Source: an uncultured virus (IMG/VR IMGVR_UViG_3300045391_005857)
Taxonomy: Duplodnaviria; Heunggongvirae; Uroviricota; Caudoviricetes
DNA: 57,257 bases
IMG/VR virus record: IMGVR_UViG_3300045391_005857
Strand: one strand, 5' to 3'
Shown here: positions 9,111 through 17,291 of the stretch, in pieces
Position numbering within the stretch: position 1 is the first letter of the stretch
How the letters are laid out: every line of letters starts with the position of its first letter
Position numbers and translations under genes: made by a program
The notes under the pieces: model-generated
Told to the model about the DNA's origin: nothing
Seen by the model: the letters and a program-made list of their open reading frames with translations, nothing else
Database searches by the model: none

Positions 9111-9610
9111 GCTACGACAGCACTAGCGACACGCTCGAACACATCCGCAACGTCAGCGAGCGGCTGTACCACTTCGGCTCCCAACTAGCACTGCGGGCCA
9201 AGCTGCACGACCAGAGCAAGCTCGATACGCCGGAGAAGGAGGCCCTTGACCAGTTTACGCCGCTGCTCAAAGGGTTGACCTACGGCAGCCAGGAGTACAA
9301 GGATGGGCTGGAGAAGAGCGGTCCGGCGATGGACATCTACCTGAAGCATCATTATGCCAACAATCGCCACCACCCGGAGTTCCATGGCGAAAAGGGCGTC
9401 GCCGGCATGACGCTGATCGACCTGGTGGAGATGCTATGCGATTGGCGCGCAGCTACCGAGCGACACGCTACCGGAAACATTCTGCGATCGCTGGAAATCA
9501 ATCGCGAGCGGTTCAAGCTCTCCGACCAGCTTTACGAGATCCTGCTCAATACGGTTAAAGCGCTAGGTTGGGATCAGGCATCGGGCCAAATCTCGCCCGA
9601 CAAGACGTAG
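9107..9610 (+). CDS. HD-like phosphohydrolase (DUF5662-like)
   Basis: H...HDQSK...HHYANNRHHPE...EMLCDW; GGAGG RBS. Confidence 0.75.
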   Translation: MSYDSTSDTLEHIRNVSERLYHFGSQLALRAKLHDQSKLDTPEKEALDQFTPLLKGLTYGSQEYKDGLEKSGPAMDIYLKHHYANNRHHPEFHGEKGVAGMTLIDLVEMLCDWRAATERHATGNILRSLEINRERFKLSDQLYEILLNTVKALGWDQASGQISPDKT

Positions 9611-10140
9611 CCGATCGTGCTCTTGCTGACGTGAAAGCGATCGGCCAGTTTGACAATTGTCGTTTTCTTCGGGGCTGCGTAGGCGGCCCTGATCTTGCGT
9701 ACTTTAGCCGCCGTGAGTTTAGCCCGGCCATTACGTTCGCCGGCGTAGCAGCCGTTGCGGGAGCCGCTTCCGTATGATTTGCGAATGTTCTCAGGCCGCG
9801 TTGTGTAGATCAGATTGCCGGGCTTGTTGTTGCGTTTGTTCTCGTCCTTGTGGTCTACCTCGCAGAATCCAGCAATCGGCCCACGTCCGGGATGCAGCGG
9901 CAACGGCGGCGGCCCGTTAAACGCAACGGCCACCAGGTGATGGACCTTCTTAGAGAACGTCTTGCCATCTTTACGCAGGTTGACGACCAGATAGCCGCCC
10001 CGTTTGGCGACTTGTAGCTTGCGTATCTTCCCTTGTTGTCGTCTGCCAGCAGGGTCGATGCGATCAACAGACCGTACGCGACCTTTGTCAGAGACTTCGT
10101 AGATGCCGGCAAATCCCGGTGCTGGCAACCATTGCTCCAT
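9574..10140 (-). mobile_element. free-standing NUMOD4-HNH homing endonuclease with C-terminal HTH
   Basis: YEVSDKGRVRS (NUMOD4), VHHLVA..F, VDHKDENKRNN..GNL...EN, AKLT..KVRKIR..LADRFHVSKSTI. Confidence 0.9.
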
Positions 10141-10207
10141 AGACTGTTCACCTCGTGGCGGCTATTGTAGCATGTTGAAGTCACGTTGTGACTGGAAAGG
10201 CATTGGG

Positions 10208-10408
10208 ATGGTAAGTGCTGCTGAGCGACAGGCAGCCTGCGATCACCGCAGCAAGCACGAGCTGCCGCGGATCGCCGTCCGCGGTAAATGGTATCGCCGC
10301 TGGTCGTGCGGGCACTGCCACAAGCAGTGGTCCGAGTACGATCGGGACGTCGATCAGCGGAGCTTGACGGATTGCGAAGCTGCGGATGCTTCCCAAGGCA
10401 TCGTCTAG
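10208..10408 (+). CDS. small Zn-binding hypothetical
   Basis: CDH...CGHC; start uncertain. Confidence 0.45.
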   Translation: MVSAAERQAACDHRSKHELPRIAVRGKWYRRWSCGHCHKQWSEYDRDVDQRSLTDCEAADASQGIV

Positions 10409-10430
10409 TTGTCATAATTCTGTCATGACA
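10409..10430 (+). promoter_or_regulatory. 22-bp operator-like box, copy 2, with extended -10
   Basis: Identical to 6291-6312; TGTCATAAT; 11 nt before ATG 10442. Confidence 0.8.
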
Positions 10431-10441
10431 AGGGCATTCGG

Positions 10442-10648
10442 ATGTCCAAGCACACTGCAACCTTCCGCGGCAAACGAGTTGCCGTGACGTTGCACACCGG
10501 CCAGGTCTTAGTCGACCGCTTCATCGACCGTCCCAAGAACCGGCGCTGGATCGAGCTGAAGGTGGCTGGGCGAATCCCGATGAACCAGGTGAAGTCGTTC
10601 TCACCCCTGCAAGGCGAGTTCGACCCGAAGCGTATGCGGAGTCGTTAA
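10442..10648 (+). CDS. hypothetical protein (68 aa)
   Basis: ATG downstream of the box. Confidence 0.65.
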   Translation: MSKHTATFRGKRVAVTLHTGQVLVDRFIDRPKNRRWIELKVAGRIPMNQVKSFSPLQGEFDPKRMRSR

Positions 10649-10924
10649 ATGCTTGAAGCACGTATCCCCCCGCCGGCAGAAAACCCCAATGGCCTGCACC
10701 AACGCTACCGCGTCACGAAAATGGACGGCGAGTACGACCCCAACGCCGTGTACTTCGTACTGCGGCTCGACGGGCAGGGCGACGATCCGACCTGGATTAA
10801 AGCCTGTCGCGTGGCAGCATTGCGACTGGCCCACGAGCTGGACGTGCTCAAGCATATGCCGCACTTGGCAGATGACTTACGTTCGTTGGTGGAGCGGCTG
10901 GTTGCTCAGGATAAGTCGCAATGA
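10649..10924 (+). CDS. hypothetical phage protein (91 aa)
   Basis: GLHQRYRVTK...YFVLRLD...LADDL pattern recalls small phage proteins. Confidence 0.7.
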   Translation: MLEARIPPPAENPNGLHQRYRVTKMDGEYDPNAVYFVLRLDGQGDDPTWIKACRVAALRLAHELDVLKHMPHLADDLRSLVERLVAQDKSQ

Positions 10925-11118
10925 TCGAAGTCCCGTTCCTATCGTCGATGTGGATCACCCGGCCAATACCGCTGTCGCGTGATTCCAAACCTATGACAAT
11001 CGTGTCGTGGTCGACGCTAGGCGGCTCCCGGCGAGTCGGGCTGTTGATGGAGTGGGACAACGGGACAGCGATTATTTTTGATCTGGATCGCGAACGCGAA
11101 GTAGCAGTGCGGGCATAA
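10921..11118 (+). CDS. MIxIPF-tag protein (MIEVPF, 65 aa)
   Basis: ATG ATC GAA GTC CCG TTC on ATGA overlap. Confidence 0.7.
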   Translation: MIEVPFLSSMWITRPIPLSRDSKPMTIVSWSTLGGSRRVGLLMEWDNGTAIIFDLDREREVAVRA

Positions 11119-11171
11119 CATGGCAGTCCTCATCGGACCTACCGTCACATCAAAGCGGAGAAACCAGGCGA

Positions 11172-11450
11172 ATGACCACTGAACTAGAATCCCTGCTCAA
11201 ACAAGCGGGCTCGACCATTGGCGCCCAAGCAATGATCACGACTGAATCCAAACCGACTACGTTCACCACCGGCCAAGTCGCCCGCTGGTCATTCGTTTCT
11301 CCGGCCACCGTCCACAAATGGTGCGTGACGGGCATGCTGCCACATGTGCGGCTCGACAACGGCAATCGGTTGATCGAGAAGGCTGTGTTGTTAGCGTTCT
11401 TTCGCAAGCACGAGCTGCCCATCCCGGCGGAGTTGTGCGATGGAAACTGA
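11172..11450 (+). CDS. HTH_17-like DNA-binding protein, paralog of 6506-6727
   Basis: FTTGQVARWSFVSPATVHKWCVTGMLPH...PIPAEL. Confidence 0.8.
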   Translation: MTTELESLLKQAGSTIGAQAMITTESKPTTFTTGQVARWSFVSPATVHKWCVTGMLPHVRLDNGNRLIEKAVLLAFFRKHELPIPAELCDGN

Positions 11451-11628
11451 AGAACGCTGGTGCGGCCATTGCCAGGCCGACACCCAGCAACGCGGCCACG
11501 ACTCAGGCCACGAACGCGACAGCTCCGGCGATTTCTGGGAGTGTTTGACGTGCCACTGGTATTACACCGGGTACACGGGTAAATGGGAGCCGCCACTTAA
11601 TCTGGAGCAACACGATGGTCCTAGCTGA
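11440..11628 (+). CDS. small Zn-finger protein
   Basis: CGHC...CLTC. Confidence 0.6.
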   Translation: METEERWCGHCQADTQQRGHDSGHERDSSGDFWECLTCHWYYTGYTGKWEPPLNLEQHDGPS

Positions 11629-12178
11629 ACTCGTCCCCTCAGCTCATCCCGACGGCTGGGTCATCGGCCGGCAGAGCGAGCCGCCCTATTGGGAGTTCTG
11701 GACGCCCACTGGCTGGTGCGGCGCCGGCGTTCTGTGGACCGACAAGCCGACGGCCGAGGCGATCGTCGCCCTAATCAACCAGCAGTCGGTCGAGATCGAG
11801 CGGCTGCGGGAGGCCCTGGAGACGATCCAGCGGGTCGACGAGCACCGGATGTGGGTGCAGGACTATATCCGGAGCCCGACGCCCGAGGAGCTGGCCAAGA
11901 AGGCCCTGGCGGGCCATAAGACGCTGGGGCAGCTCCGCTGGGAGTGGCAAGGCAAGACGATCTGCAACTGGAAAGAGCGGGCGGAGGCCCTGGAGACGTC
12001 GATCGACCAGCATATCTTCGATCTCAATCATCGGCAGCAGCACGCCTTGACCGTCGAGGAGTGGGGTCGGCAGCTCGGGCTGGAGAAGGCCCGCATCATC
12101 GCGCGGTTCGATAAGCAGACCGCTGCGGATTGCAAGGCATTCACCGACGCCCAGATCGAGCAGAGGCAGCCGCGGTGA
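11615..12178 (+). CDS. hypothetical coiled-coil protein
   Basis: 187-aa in-operon ORF. Confidence 0.7.
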   Translation: MVLAELVPSAHPDGWVIGRQSEPPYWEFWTPTGWCGAGVLWTDKPTAEAIVALINQQSVEIERLREALETIQRVDEHRMWVQDYIRSPTPEELAKKALAGHKTLGQLRWEWQGKTICNWKERAEALETSIDQHIFDLNHRQQHALTVEEWGRQLGLEKARIIARFDKQTAADCKAFTDAQIEQRQPR

Positions 12179-12399
12179 TCGAAATCCCTTTCCGTACCTA
12201 CCGACGGTTGCGGCCGGAGTGTATGCCGGGTGATACGGTATTTTGGTTTTCTTGCGGGAAGCTGCGGCTGGGCGTGCTGGAGAAATTCTGGCTCAATCCG
12301 GAGACGCAGGCGTCGACGGCCGTGGTGAATGTGCTGGAGTTTTACGGGTACAGATATTGGTGGATGACCTGCACGACTAACGCGCACCGGTTCCCATGA
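12175..12399 (+). CDS. MIxIPF-tag protein (MIEIPF, 74 aa)
   Basis: GTG ATC GAA ATC CCT TTC on GTGA overlap. Confidence 0.7.
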   Translation: MIEIPFRTYRRLRPECMPGDTVFWFSCGKLRLGVLEKFWLNPETQASTAVVNVLEFYGYRYWWMTCTTNAHRFP

Positions 12400-12629
12400 T
12401 CGAAATCCCCTTCGCCCGCCGGCTGCACGACGACTACGGCGGCGACAAGCTGGTCGTGGACATGCCGGACTTGTCCGACGTCCACATGCGGCGGCATAAT
12501 CCGGCCAGATCGTGGCTGGCGTTGGACGCTGCGATCCACCATCCCAATGGCTTCGAGACGGGCACGGTCTTGCTCGACTGCATCCAGCTCACGTTCATGG
12601 CCTACCGCCGGACGGACGAATACGAATGA
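12396..12629 (+). CDS. MIxIPF-tag protein (MIEIPF, 77 aa)
   Basis: ATG ATC GAA ATC CCC TTC on ATGA overlap. Confidence 0.7.
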   Translation: MIEIPFARRLHDDYGGDKLVVDMPDLSDVHMRRHNPARSWLALDAAIHHPNGFETGTVLLDCIQLTFMAYRRTDEYE

Positions 12630-12787
12630 TCGCCATCCCCTTCAGCGCAGACTATCAGCCCCCGGAGCCCGTGCCTGACTGGGTTGCGGACATGCTGTAC
12701 GAGATCGATCGCGATTTTATTATTAGCTATCACATCGCGCAGGGCTGTCAGCCGCCTGATATCCCGCGAACGCGGCCACGACCATGA
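12626..12787 (+). CDS. MIxIPF-tag protein (MIAIPF, 53 aa)
   Basis: ATG ATC GCC ATC CCC TTC on ATGA overlap. Confidence 0.65.
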   Translation: MIAIPFSADYQPPEPVPDWVADMLYEIDRDFIISYHIAQGCQPPDIPRTRPRP

Positions 12788-12978
12788 TCGCCATCTCCTT
12801 CGCAACCAAATACTTCGGCCCCATCCTGCCAGGCGATCCCGGGCTGGAGGCGCTCAAGCCAGACTGGGATCGTTATGGCGTAGGGCGGCCCCAAGCTCCG
12901 CCGCCTGTATCTGTCAGCGGCCGCTGGCTGTCGCTCAAGGAGTTCCAGGAGCTGCTGGATGATCGTCGTCCCTTTTAA
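12784..12978 (+). CDS. MIxIPF-tag protein (MIAISF, 64 aa)
   Basis: ATG ATC GCC ATC TCC TTC on ATGA overlap. Confidence 0.65.
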   Translation: MIAISFATKYFGPILPGDPGLEALKPDWDRYGVGRPQAPPPVSVSGRWLSLKEFQELLDDRRPF

Positions 12979-13150
12979 CTCCGCCCACTATTTCACACGC
13001 ACGTCGTTCGAGATATTGCGGTGGGGTCGAGACGAACTGGACGACCAGACGCGGCGGGAGTTGCTGCAAAACCCGGGCGTCAGGACAATCGGGTTGGGAG
13101 CCTGGCGGGAAGACATGTTCGCAGCTATGGACTGGGACCCGGACGAATGA
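12959..13150 (+). CDS. MIxIPF-tag protein (MIVVPF, 63 aa)
   Basis: ATG ATC GTC GTC CCT TTT. Confidence 0.65.
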   Translation: MIVVPFNSAHYFTRTSFEILRWGRDELDDQTRRELLQNPGVRTIGLGAWREDMFAAMDWDPDE

Positions 13151-13521
13151 TCATCGTACCCTTCGCGAATCGCTGGCCGGCCTACGTCGTCCTCCACTGC
13201 GGCAGCGACGTCATGCAACCGCTCGTCGCTCATGCGCAGCCGATCCACATTGTCGGGGCGCGAGAGATAACATGCCGCGACGTGAAGTTCCCCAGCAACG
13301 TACTGTCAGTGATTACATCCAGCACGACGTTGTTGGACTCGCGCAAGGAAGCAATGAGTGAGTGCTACTTCCAGGCCGTGCAGATTCTGCCGGGCGACGA
13401 TCTGGCGATCGTCATCGATCACGACTGCGAAGTCGGCGGAATGTGGGTGCATCGGCGGCTGCAGGGAAATAGTCACTGGCGGCGCTCGCAAGAGGTGCAT
13501 CTGTTGAAGCCGCACTTCTGA
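13147..13521 (+). CDS. MIxIPF-tag protein (MIIVPF, 124 aa)
   Basis: ATG ATC ATC GTA CCC TTC on ATGA overlap. Confidence 0.65.
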   Translation: MIIVPFANRWPAYVVLHCGSDVMQPLVAHAQPIHIVGAREITCRDVKFPSNVLSVITSSTTLLDSRKEAMSECYFQAVQILPGDDLAIVIDHDCEVGGMWVHRRLQGNSHWRRSQEVHLLKPHF

Positions 13522-13558
13522 TTGCTATTCAGGCGTGCCACGCTCCGCCGTATATTCT

Positions 13559-13571
13559 GGTACTTAGAAAC
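13559..13571 (+). repeat. dispersed 13-mer, copy 2
   Basis: Exact GGTACTTAGAAAC, intergenic. Confidence 0.9.
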
Positions 13572-13598
13572 GGATTTTCCACCACGGAGGGCGGACGG

Positions 13599-14252
13599 AT
13601 GGAGCCGATCAAATGTTTCTTCGTCGAGCCAACGGGCGAAGTCGAACTCTACCTGCGACGCTATGTCGGCAGCGACAAAGCCAAGTGCCCCGGGCCAATG
13701 GGCTATCACGACGCCATGAAGCTGATTGGCGACGCGCCGGCGATCTATACCGAGCTGCACGGCCGCCGCGTGCTCGATCGCCGGCCGGAGGAGTTCAAGG
13801 ACGACGATCCGCGGTGGCCGACGGAGTGCATCTGCGGCTACAAGTTCCAGCCGGACGACAATCGCCAGATTTTCCAGGAGCAGGTCTATGTGCGACGAGA
13901 CACGGGAGAAGAATTCGGTCTACGTCATCTACCTGCTGGCGCTATGTACTTTGCTGACTGGATGCTACACGACGGCAGTAATCGCGATCGTGGCCCGGAT
14001 AACCATTCGCTGGTGGTGATGGTCCCGAGCCCCAAGACGGGCAAAGCCCATTGTTGGCATGTGGATTCACGCTGCAACAACTGTGACCTGCCCGACGACG
14101 ATGAGCACAAGTGCTGGGTGCGGCGCGGCGATCCGACGACGGGCATTATCACGGTCGATAAGAACGGCAAGACTTGCGGGGCGGGTGGCGGCAGTATACA
14201 AACAGACGATTGGCACGGGATGCTGACCGATGGAATCTTGAGGCAGTGTTAA
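13599..14252 (+). CDS. Cys/His-rich, probably metal-binding hypothetical
   Basis: CICG, HCWHVDSRCNNC...HKCW...WHG; GGAGG RBS. Confidence 0.75.
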   Translation: MEPIKCFFVEPTGEVELYLRRYVGSDKAKCPGPMGYHDAMKLIGDAPAIYTELHGRRVLDRRPEEFKDDDPRWPTECICGYKFQPDDNRQIFQEQVYVRRDTGEEFGLRHLPAGAMYFADWMLHDGSNRDRGPDNHSLVVMVPSPKTGKAHCWHVDSRCNNCDLPDDDEHKCWVRRGDPTTGIITVDKNGKTCGAGGGSIQTDDWHGMLTDGILRQC

Positions 14253-14253
14253 G

Positions 14254-14475
14254 ATGGCAACGCTGGGCGACGAGGTGATGCAGCAGATTTTTGCTGAGGA
14301 AGATGCCAAAGTGCTGGTCGCAGTTAGCAAAGCGGCTGAGGAGGCCGGCCAGCGAGAACGAGAGCAAGCCCGCCAGGCCGGCTTTCAACAGGGCTCAATT
14401 ATCGGCATGCTATTTGGGCTGATCTGCGGGATCATCGTCGGCGTGGTGCTGGCGAACTTAATCAAGCTACAATGA
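14254..14475 (+). CDS. small protein with C-terminal TM helix
   Basis: Hydrophobic C-terminus. Confidence 0.6.
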   Translation: MATLGDEVMQQIFAEEDAKVLVAVSKAAEEAGQREREQARQAGFQQGSIIGMLFGLICGIIVGVVLANLIKLQ

Positions 14476-14669
14476 CTCCAATGGCTACGGTGCGAGAGAT
14501 CGCGGAAGAAATCAACGGCGGCCCGCTCCCGGAGCCGGAGCCGCAATTTATGTTATCGTTCTTCGCCTATCAGACGATCGGCTACTACGGCGGCGACCCG
14601 GTCCCCGGCAGAATACCCAATTCCGAGCAGCAGGATGGCCCACCTTCCGACTCTCAAGCTCCTGATTGA
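14472..14669 (+). CDS. hypothetical protein
   Basis: ATGA-coupled. Confidence 0.5.
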   Translation: MTPMATVREIAEEINGGPLPEPEPQFMLSFFAYQTIGYYGGDPVPGRIPNSEQQDGPPSDSQAPD

Positions 14670-14844
14670 CGGCAAGAACGTCCTGCCGGAGGATATGGCA
14701 AACCGCTGCACGTTCCGCTTCGTCAGCAACGGCGACAACACGGCGAGCCCCGTGCTATACGTTGACGGCAAGCGGGAGACCAGGCTGTGGTTCCTGCACG
14801 TGCAGCACGAGGAGCCCAAGGACACCAATGGTCGGTCCGGCTAA
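14635..14844 (+). CDS. hypothetical protein
   Basis: In-operon ORF. Confidence 0.55.
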   Translation: MAHLPTLKLLIDGKNVLPEDMANRCTFRFVSNGDNTASPVLYVDGKRETRLWFLHVQHEEPKDTNGRSG

Positions 14845-15067
14845 GATATTACGACGATCGTTCCTGGCTGCTTTTCTAGCCGTGCTTTTTGTACGGCCGG
14901 CGAAACGGCCCTACCACATGCCGTCAGTCGCGGTATTCAACGCTTTGCCGACCGCCAAGTATATTCGCGGTCCGCGTTATCGCGTTCAGCTCGGTCGCAT
15001 CGTGGGTAGCAAATCTACGAACATGCGGTGGGTCCCCATTCCCGGTAAGTTTTTGGAGAAGGATTAA
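14828..15067 (+). CDS. small protein with twin-arginine-like leader
   Basis: LRRSFLAAFLAVLF. Confidence 0.5.
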   Translation: MVGPAKILRRSFLAAFLAVLFVRPAKRPYHMPSVAVFNALPTAKYIRGPRYRVQLGRIVGSKSTNMRWVPIPGKFLEKD

Positions 15068-15069
15068 AC

Positions 15070-15324
15070 ATGGCCCGCGCTGTCCCCGGCAAGCCGAAGT
15101 ACGATCGTAAGTTCGTCAAAGCCCTCGATCACCTGAAGGACTTTCTCAACGGCGTCAGCGACCACAATCACTCGCTGATCGACAATCTCAGCGCCGGCGA
15201 GATCGAGATGGCCCTGTCCCTGTTTGAACAACTATCGCCCAAGCTCCGCCACCACGCCCGTATCCGGGCCGAGCAGGGCATGAACCGTCGGTCGCCACGG
15301 CGCCGCGGTATGATCAAGAATTAG
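15070..15324 (+). CDS. hypothetical basic protein
   Basis: AAGGA RBS. Confidence 0.65.
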   Translation: MARAVPGKPKYDRKFVKALDHLKDFLNGVSDHNHSLIDNLSAGEIEMALSLFEQLSPKLRHHARIRAEQGMNRRSPRRRGMIKN

Positions 15325-15329
15325 ACTCG

Positions 15330-15365
15330 TTTAGTCGATCGACTAAATTTAGTCGGAGGGCTAAA
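15330..15365. repeat. nested inverted repeats of TTTAGTCG
   Basis: Perfect palindromes 15330-15347 and 15340-15355, imperfect third 15348-15365. Confidence 0.85.
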
Positions 15366-15369
15366 TCTC

Positions 15370-15756
15370 ATGTCGCGGATGAGCGTAATTGGCTGGCTTC
15401 TGATCGGTAGCGCCGCCCTGGCCTACGAGTTGCCCTTCCCCACACCGTTGCCGCCGGACGCCATCAACCACGGCTGGTCGCTGCACCAGATCGAACGGGA
15501 CAACAAATGGTCCGGCGCTGTGTACAGCTTGCTGGACGACAAGCGTGACCTGGAGAACCAGGTCTACTGGCTGGGCGTGATGTTGATCGTCAGTATGGTG
15601 CTTAACGTCGGGATCGTAATTGCGTTTGCGGAGAGCAATCGCCGGCGACAAGGAAAGTCTTATGCTAAGGCCCCGCTTCAGTCTGCGGTCGTTAGTCATC
15701 ACGCTCCCGCTGTTGATGACCATGTGCATGTGGTTATGGCGGTGCGGACAGATTGA
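15370..15756 (+). CDS. membrane or secreted hypothetical
   Basis: GGAGG RBS, signal-like N-terminus, one TM. Confidence 0.55.
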   Translation: MSRMSVIGWLLIGSAALAYELPFPTPLPPDAINHGWSLHQIERDNKWSGAVYSLLDDKRDLENQVYWLGVMLIVSMVLNVGIVIAFAESNRRRQGKSYAKAPLQSAVVSHHAPAVDDHVHVVMAVRTD

Positions 15757-16108
15757 CGTCCAGCCGCTCTACCACACCGACAACTTCGGCAACAAATCCG
15801 CCGGCTACGAAGGCCGGCTGTTTTCGTACCAGCTCTACGTCACCGATCGTAGGATCGAGCTGTCCCGCGTGATGGTCTGGATCGACACAGCGCCGCGCAC
15901 CGCCGACGATAGGCGGCCGTTCCAACTCGACAAGCATCCGTGGGACGGACGGCATTACGGCTCGTTCACGTACCGGCAGATGGTGTGCTTGCAGATCGGC
16001 GACCCGTTTGATGCCATCACAACACAGGCTCCCGGGTGGCAGGCTGTGGACGCGGTTATACGGCCCTGGCTGGGTGATAGCATCTGTGACTCGCTGATTT
16101 CGCGTTGA
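15662..16108 (+). CDS. membrane-anchored hypothetical with planctomycete-style RFSLRSL leader
   Basis: MLRPRFSLRSLVITLPLL. Confidence 0.6.
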   Translation: MLRPRFSLRSLVITLPLLMTMCMWLWRCGQIDVQPLYHTDNFGNKSAGYEGRLFSYQLYVTDRRIELSRVMVWIDTAPRTADDRRPFQLDKHPWDGRHYGSFTYRQMVCLQIGDPFDAITTQAPGWQAVDAVIRPWLGDSICDSLISR

Positions 16109-16134
16109 CCTGTTTTCCGGCGGCTGGCCATAAT
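16105..16134 (+). promoter_or_regulatory. sigma70-like promoter
   Basis: TTGACC-18-CATAAT. Confidence 0.5.
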
Positions 16135-16175
16135 CCGGGCTGTGAACGATTCACTTGCCACGGAGGGCCGCAGCC

Positions 16176-17279
16176 ATGCGGAATGGAGTCCTGCTCGCTA
16201 TCGCGATACTTGCCTCTTCCGCCGTCGCTCTGGACGGCATCCCCACGCTCGCCAGTCGCCCCGACGCGAAGAATACGCTCTACCTGGATTTCGACGGGCA
16301 CAAGATGGACAAGTGGGGGCAGTACCAGGACGCCAATGCCACGGCGTTCACGATGGACGACGACCCCAAGACGCTCAGCACACAGGAGCGATCGGCGATC
16401 ATTGACATCTGGGCCCGCGTCTCCGAGGACTACGCCCCTTTTCAGCTCAACGTCACGACGATCGAGCCGCCGGCGGAGCAAGACGACGTCGCCCGCATCG
16501 TGATCGGCGGCAACGGCAAGAGCTGGTATGGCTATCGCGACCGCAACAACTATTGGCATGCCTACCAGAGCGGCGGCGTGGCCTATGAGAAAGCGTTCAA
16601 GCTCAAGAAGTGGCCGTCGGTCGGCTGGGTATTCATGGATCACCTGGCGGTCCACGCCAAGCGTGGCGAGGGTTGGTGGGCCAAGGCGATGGCGGAAGCC
16701 GCCAGTCATGAGGCGGGACACTTATTCGGGCTCGCCCACACGCCGGCCAATGGCCGCACGTACGACAGCGGGACCAAAGCCGCGGCGCCCATCATGGGCG
16801 CCTCGTACTATTCGCTGCGGACCCGCTGGAACCGCGCGATCAACGACGAGAATAAAGACCAGGACGCGATCGCGGTCCTGGCGGACACGCTGGGCCTGGT
16901 GGATGACGACCACGGCGATACGATCGAGCGGGCCACGGCGATCGTGGGCACCGGCGGAATCGAGGTCAACGGGATCATCGGCACGCACAAGGACGTGGAC
17001 ACGTTCAAGTTCGCTAGCATGGCCGGCGGCCAGCTCTCCATCAAGGTGGAAGGCCTACACCGCGGCGGAAATCTGGACCCGCTGGTCGAGCTGCGTGACA
17101 GCAAGGGCGATGTGCTGCAGAAAGCCGCGGCCGGCGAGACCCTTTCGCGGACGCTTGACGGCGGTTTATATTACCTCTCGGTCCGCGGTACCGCCGGCTA
17201 TGGCGATTTAGGCTGGTACACGCTCACCGGCGAGGTGCCGTGTGTGACATTGGATGTGTACACAGTCCTGCGGCCGTAA
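16176..17279 (+). CDS. secreted metzincin metalloprotease with PPC-like C-terminal domain
   Basis: Signal peptide; HEAGHLFGLAH; Met-turn APIMG; DDDHGDT...DVDTFKF...G.YYLSV. Confidence 0.85.
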   Translation: MRNGVLLAIAILASSAVALDGIPTLASRPDAKNTLYLDFDGHKMDKWGQYQDANATAFTMDDDPKTLSTQERSAIIDIWARVSEDYAPFQLNVTTIEPPAEQDDVARIVIGGNGKSWYGYRDRNNYWHAYQSGGVAYEKAFKLKKWPSVGWVFMDHLAVHAKRGEGWWAKAMAEAASHEAGHLFGLAHTPANGRTYDSGTKAAAPIMGASYYSLRTRWNRAINDENKDQDAIAVLADTLGLVDDDHGDTIERATAIVGTGGIEVNGIIGTHKDVDTFKFASMAGGQLSIKVEGLHRGGNLDPLVELRDSKGDVLQKAAAGETLSRTLDGGLYYLSVRGTAGYGDLGWYTLTGEVPCVTLDVYTVLRP

Positions 17280-17291
17280 GGAGTCTTTGCT

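Noticed and set aside
8293..13164. CRISPR array or integron attC sites at the tag repeats
   Set aside because: Units are whole ORFs of variable length; the repeats are degenerate, non-palindromic and coding; no cas or integrase gene seen.
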